In this document: piece after piece, positions 60,362-64,000 of the stretch
Layout: every line of letters begins with the position of its first letter
Position numbering within the stretch: position 1 is the first letter of the stretch
Assembly: GCA_947168565.1 (NCBI GenBank)
Contig: CAMVMM010000010.1
Span: forward strand, 9,278-73,277
Origin: an uncultured Clostridia bacterium
GTDB lineage: Bacteria; Bacillota; Clostridia; Christensenellales; CAG-138
Direction of reading: 5' to 3'
DNA length: 64,000 bases
Notes under the pieces: model-generated
What the model was told of the DNA's origin: nothing
The model's database searches: none
What the model saw: only the letters and a program-made list of their open reading frames with translations
Position numbers and translations under genes: made by a program

Positions 60362-61477
60362 ATGGAAAATCGTGAAAGCAGATCAAGGGTCTTGGCGATA
60401 GGCATCTGCCTGCTGGTCGTGCTCGTGATAGCGGCGGCGGTGCTGATCTCGGTTTGCTCAAAGGGGCCTTCCGCAAGCGGGAAGCTCGGCGAATACTGGA
60501 CGCAGGATTCAGCGCCCGTCAAGAAGCTTGTGGAGTACGTTGAGCGGGTCACGAACCCGGCGAACAAGGCGGATTTCATCCCCGAAAAGGACCGCATCGC
60601 CGTTTTCGATATGGACGGCACGCTTACCTGCGAAACCTTCTATACCTATTACGACACCATGATGTTCATCGACTTCTGCCTCGTGTCGCATCCGGAGCGC
60701 GTTTCAAATGAGCTGAAGCAGGTTGCCGCTGCCATAAAGCCCGGCTATGTTGCGGATGAAACGCTTGCAAGGAATTTTGCCAAGGCGTACGCGGGCATGA
60801 CGGTGGAGGAGCTTTTCGATTACGCCACGGAGTTCGGCAAAAAGAAAACCGCCAGCTTCAACAATATGCTCTATTGCGACAACTTCTATCTGCCCATGGT
60901 GGAGATGGTGAAATACCTTTATGAAAACGGCTTCATCATCTACGTTATCAGCGGCACGGAGCGCACCACCACGAGGGCGATAGTTGCAAATTCACCCATA
61001 AAGGACTACGTTACCCCGAATCACGTTATCGGCACGGATTTCGAGGTGAAGCAGAAGGGGCATGAAGCCGAAAGCTCCAATATGGATTTCAAATATGTGG
61101 ACGGCGACGAGCTTGTGTTCACGGGCGGCTTCATTCAAAAGAATCTGAACGGCAATAAATCCATCTACATCGAGCGTGAGATCGGGCAGCGCCCCGTGCT
61201 TGCCTTCGGAAACAGCGGCAGCGACACCAGCATGATGAACTATGCGCTGGACAGCAGAAATCCCTACCCCGCGCTTGCCTTTATGGTGGTGGCGGACGAC
61301 GCCGTGCGCGAATGGGGCAAGCAGGATTGGGCGGAAAAATCCGCGGAGTACATCGCAAAGGGCTATATCCCCATTTCCATGAAAAACGATTTTGCCAAGA
61401 TCTATAACGACGGCATAACTCCGGCGGAGCAGCAGTATACCCCCATGGATTATGACGAGATGGACGAAGCGGCGTAA
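60362..61477 (+). CDS. membrane-anchored HAD-superfamily hydrolase
   Basis: N-terminal TM segment. HAD motif I AVFDMDGTLTCE, motif II ISGT, and late GNSGSDTSM (motif IV-like). Confidence 0.8.
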   Translation: MENRESRSRVLAIGICLLVVLVIAAAVLISVCSKGPSASGKLGEYWTQDSAPVKKLVEYVERVTNPANKADFIPEKDRIAVFDMDGTLTCETFYTYYDTMMFIDFCLVSHPERVSNELKQVAAAIKPGYVADETLARNFAKAYAGMTVEELFDYATEFGKKKTASFNNMLYCDNFYLPMVEMVKYLYENGFIIYVISGTERTTTRAIVANSPIKDYVTPNHVIGTDFEVKQKGHEAESSNMDFKYVDGDELVFTGGFIQKNLNGNKSIYIEREIGQRPVLAFGNSGSDTSMMNYALDSRNPYPALAFMVVADDAVREWGKQDWAEKSAEYIAKGYIPISMKNDFAKIYNDGITPAEQQYTPMDYDEMDEAA

Positions 61478-61559
61478 AGCGCGGGGCGGCATGAAGCGCC
61501 GCCGAGGCGAGAGGGCGGATCCCGCGCGGCATAGCGGATAACCGGAGAAGGAGGATAAT

Positions 61560-61895
61560 ATGACTTTGACGGAAAAGATAACGGCTGCGGCGTTTTTTCT
61601 GATCGCGGGAATTCTTGCTCTGCTTGCGGTAAGGCATTTTATGCAGCGCGGCTTTCTATTGAACAATGCGTACATTTACGCTTCCGAAAAGGAGCGGGAA
61701 ACGATGGACAAGGCGCCGCATTACAGGCAGTCCGCAATCGTATTCTGCCTTTTGAGCCTTGTGTTTATCGTGATAGGGCTTTCCATTGTGCTGCAAAACG
61801 GCAAACTGCTGCTGCTTGAGCTGCCTTTGACGGCCGGGGCGATAGCTTATGCCGTGATATCCTCGGCAAAGCAGCTTAAAAAGCCGAAGAGATAA
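61560..61895 (+). CDS. small membrane protein, unknown function
   Basis: 111 aa, 3 hydrophobic segments. RBS AGGAGG lies upstream. Confidence 0.6.
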   Translation: MTLTEKITAAAFFLIAGILALLAVRHFMQRGFLLNNAYIYASEKERETMDKAPHYRQSAIVFCLLSLVFIVIGLSIVLQNGKLLLLELPLTAGAIAYAVISSAKQLKKPKR

Positions 61896-62012
61896 TGAAA
61901 AACGAAAAACATAAAATAAAAAAACAAACGTAAAGAATAAAGCGTAAGCTGCCCGGCCGGTACGGTCGAAAAAACAGGGAATAAAAAGAAAAACATTAAG
62001 GAGAAAACGAAA

Positions 62013-62213
62013 ATGAAATATTCCATCATCACAAGGGGCATGGGCTGCCCGCACTGCATCAAGAAGGTAACGAAGGCTATGGAGGAGCTTGGCGCACAGA
62101 TCGAAAAGGTCGAGCTGAACGATATCGCGGTCTATTCCGATAAGTCCGAGGCGGATATCCGCGCCGCGATCGAGGCGAAGGGCTTCGAGGTGGTTTCCGT
62201 AAAGGCGGAGTAA
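62013..62213 (+). CDS. copZ: heavy-metal-associated (HMA) domain copper chaperone
   Basis: 66 aa with GMGCPHC metal-binding motif in a betaalphabetabetaalphabeta-sized protein. Confidence 0.85.
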   Translation: MKYSIITRGMGCPHCIKKVTKAMEELGAQIEKVELNDIAVYSDKSEADIRAAIEAKGFEVVSVKAE

Positions 62214-62220
62214 CAAGATT

Positions 62221-62868
62221 ATGTGCAGTTTACAGGGCTATGAAAAACAAATAGCGGGCTTGCTCGATTATCCGCGCTATATTTCGGGCGATGCGGAAGC
62301 GAAAAAGGCGATTTTCAGCGAGATCCTCCGCTTCACGAACGAATATTTCGGCATGAGCACGGAGCTTTTCTTCACAATGCCGGAGGGCTTTGAGGCGGCG
62401 CACGGGCTGACCGATCCGGACACGGGAAATATTCGTGTGAACGAGGCACTTTTCGACGACGGCGCGCCGTTTCTGCCGCTGTTCATCTTTCTGCACGAGC
62501 TGCGCCACGCTATCCAACAGGCAAGAACGGAGCTGTTCTCAAAGGAGATAGCCGTAAACTGCTCCCACATGATACAGTTCGACGGAACGGGCTATTTTGT
62601 TGACGGTGAAACCGTGATAACAGTTAAATTGGACGGCGAGCAGGCGTTCTATACGGAGCTTTACTTGGGCTCACCTGCGGAGATGGACGCAAATAAATTT
62701 GCGTATGATATGCTTTGCCCGGTTTGCGCCGATGAAGCTCTTACGGAGCATTACCGAATTTGGACTCCGAGCTATAGGATCATTCCAAAGGAAAGGATGC
62801 TTGAGGAGTTTTTGAAGGCTGCTGAGCGGATCGACCGCCTTGCCGAGGAAGCGGCAAATAATGCGTAA
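62221..62868 (+). CDS. hypothetical protein with HExxH zinc-metallopeptidase-like motif
   Basis: FIFLHELRHAIQQ, and downstream SPAEMDANKFA. No other family signature recognised. Confidence 0.6.
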   Translation: MCSLQGYEKQIAGLLDYPRYISGDAEAKKAIFSEILRFTNEYFGMSTELFFTMPEGFEAAHGLTDPDTGNIRVNEALFDDGAPFLPLFIFLHELRHAIQQARTELFSKEIAVNCSHMIQFDGTGYFVDGETVITVKLDGEQAFYTELYLGSPAEMDANKFAYDMLCPVCADEALTEHYRIWTPSYRIIPKERMLEEFLKAAERIDRLAEEAANNA

Positions 62869-63996
<1,128 letters not shown>

Positions 63997-64000
63997 AGCT

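Overview
GC-rich chromosomal segment that looks like a Clostridia (Oscillospiraceae/Ruminococcaceae-type) anaerobe. The taxon is inferred from the Firmicute comM-dprA-topA-trmFO-hslVU gene order, many dockerin modules and a GGGtGRT/NifU pair. I call 52 protein genes, one certain RNA gene (ssrA/tmRNA, 3773-4125) and one candidate orphan small RNA (about 16425-16538). There are also many near-consensus sigma-A promoters (TTGnnn-17-TATAAT, often with TGn extension) and intrinsic terminators. I found no rRNA, tRNA, CRISPR array, transposase or integrase.

Content falls into two groups:
- Housekeeping: MazG-like, HD hydrolase, ABC-F, M42/M18 aminopeptidases, comM, dprA, topA, trmFO, hslVU, pnuC, PBP5-type carboxypeptidase, ylmH-like, copZ, mnmA.
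- A large cell-surface complement: six dockerin-tagged non-CAZyme proteins (S8 protease, thioredoxin, CotH, LRR and others), a 4xSH3b-SleB lipoprotein, a sortase-type surface protein and Pro/Thr-linker lipoproteins.

Most interesting, in order:
1. A minus-strand operon (35616-39033) joining two exported TlpA-type thioredoxins (one dockerin-tagged) to a 63-aa CXXC membrane protein and a NapH-like CX3CP polyferredoxin, with no CcdA/DsbD. This may be an undescribed trans-envelope thiol-reduction system.
2. An orphan promoter-to-terminator unit with no ORF (candidate sRNA), lying in a repeat-laden divergent control region (16024-16538).
3. The uncharacterised GGGtGRT + NifU-like pair, with an operator-like dyad over its promoter.
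4. A GT-C / CBM-PMT(GT39) / GtrA cluster that could O-glycosylate the Pro/Thr-rich exported proteins in this window.
5. Terminator-containing leaders upstream of the ABC-F gene and of pnuC.

All family assignments come from motif recognition by eye. No BLAST, HMM or covariance-model search was possible.
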